Assembly: GCA_037447605.1 (NCBI GenBank)
Contig: JBBHKD010000068.1
Coordinates: 1-7,149, forward strand
Reading direction: 5' to 3'
DNA length: 7,149 nucleotides
From: Zygnema circumcarinatum SAG 698-1b
Lineage: Eukaryota; Plantae; Zygnematophyceae
The position numbers and the translations under genes are program-made. The notes beneath the pieces are model-generated. The model did no database searches, was not told the DNA's origin, and saw nothing but the letters and a program-made list of their open reading frames with translations. Shown in pieces: positions 6,731-7,149 of this stretch (position 1 is its first letter; every line of letters starts with the position of its first letter).

Positions 6731-7149
6731 TGTAGCTGGCCCTTCTGATCTGCGGGAGGTGTACTTAGAGCGGCACAGATCCTGAAAATGCTCTCACCCC
6801 GGCCCGAGGCAGTGGCCAGGCGTCGAGGGACCACTAGGACGGGAAGGGTCACGGGATGGGCTGCTATGCGAGGTTGCAGGGGTTACGTCGCGGCATGATC
6901 TTGGGGCACCGCCATAGCCAACATGCGTGCGCCCGATGTGGTAGAGGATCACGGAATCCGACCACATCTTCCCTGCGATTTTGAGCGTAGCGAGTGGTCG
7001 ATACAATTACGGGTTGCGGGTTAGTGCGGACGGTTATCGGTCGGACCTTACGGCGCGGCGCGTAGGATCCGGCCAGGTGCCTTACGGCTTGCCGTGCGGC
7101 GCTGGCGGCGGCAGCCGCGCCCAATGGGGAAATAAAGGCGAGCGTGCGT
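6731..7149 (+). repeat. 3' LTR, partial (continues beyond the window)
   Basis: Starts TGTAGC right after the PPT. Eight short anchors match the 5' LTR in order at an offset of about 6490-6536: 217/6731, 225/6742, 249/6762, 317/6828, 353/6881, 367/6903, 539/7029, 602/7101. Confidence 0.78.

Larger units (their letters stand above)
217..7149 (+). mobile_element. Ty3/Gypsy (Metaviridae) LTR retrotransposon, chromovirus type, defective as read, 3' LTR truncated by the window end
   Basis: The order LTR-PBS-gag-PR-RT-RNaseH-integrase-chromodomain-PPT-LTR is the Gypsy order. Motifs include LDTGA, CIDYRALN, YLDD, DAS, EQELLA, FVDRLSKMVHF, GPF and VKW..Y..EHSTWE. Confidence 0.95.

Noticed and set aside
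1-7149. CRISPR arrays, tRNA or rRNA genes, an env-like extra ORF, DNA-transposon TIRs
   Set aside because: No regularly spaced repeats, cloverleaf or rRNA-like sequence was seen. Only about 200 nt lie between the chromodomain and the PPT, too little for an env-like gene.

Overview
The window is almost entirely one plus-strand Ty3/Gypsy LTR retrotransposon of the chromovirus type. In order it shows: an AT-rich flank (1-216); a 734-bp 5' LTR (217-950, TGTAGC...GTTACA); a tRNA-iMet primer-binding site (952-964); a gag broken by many indels (ATG 1003 to TAG 2487, with the capsid core and CCHC knuckle recoverable across frames); a stop-free pol segment (aspartic protease, RT and most of RNase H, about 2460-4755); a frameshifted integrase with HHCC, core and GPF motifs; a broken chromodomain; a short PPT; and a 3' LTR that starts at 6731 and runs out of the window. 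The plant-type PBS and the RT/RNase H wording suggest a Viridiplantae host, possibly a green alga (inference). The element type is well known. What is unusual is the mosaic state: about 2.3 kb of clean, partly CpG-poor pol sits between CpG-rich regions with dense indels, and the two LTRs are collinear but heavily diverged. This could be biological (core replacement or selection on PR-RT) or an artefact (patchily corrected long-read, chimeric or otherwise non-natural sequence); the sequence alone cannot decide. I found no convincing evidence of a new system beyond this. Other candidates are a -1 gag/pol frameshift signal at 2457-2520 and an unexplained ~170-codon pre-protease segment. All alignments and counts were done by eye.
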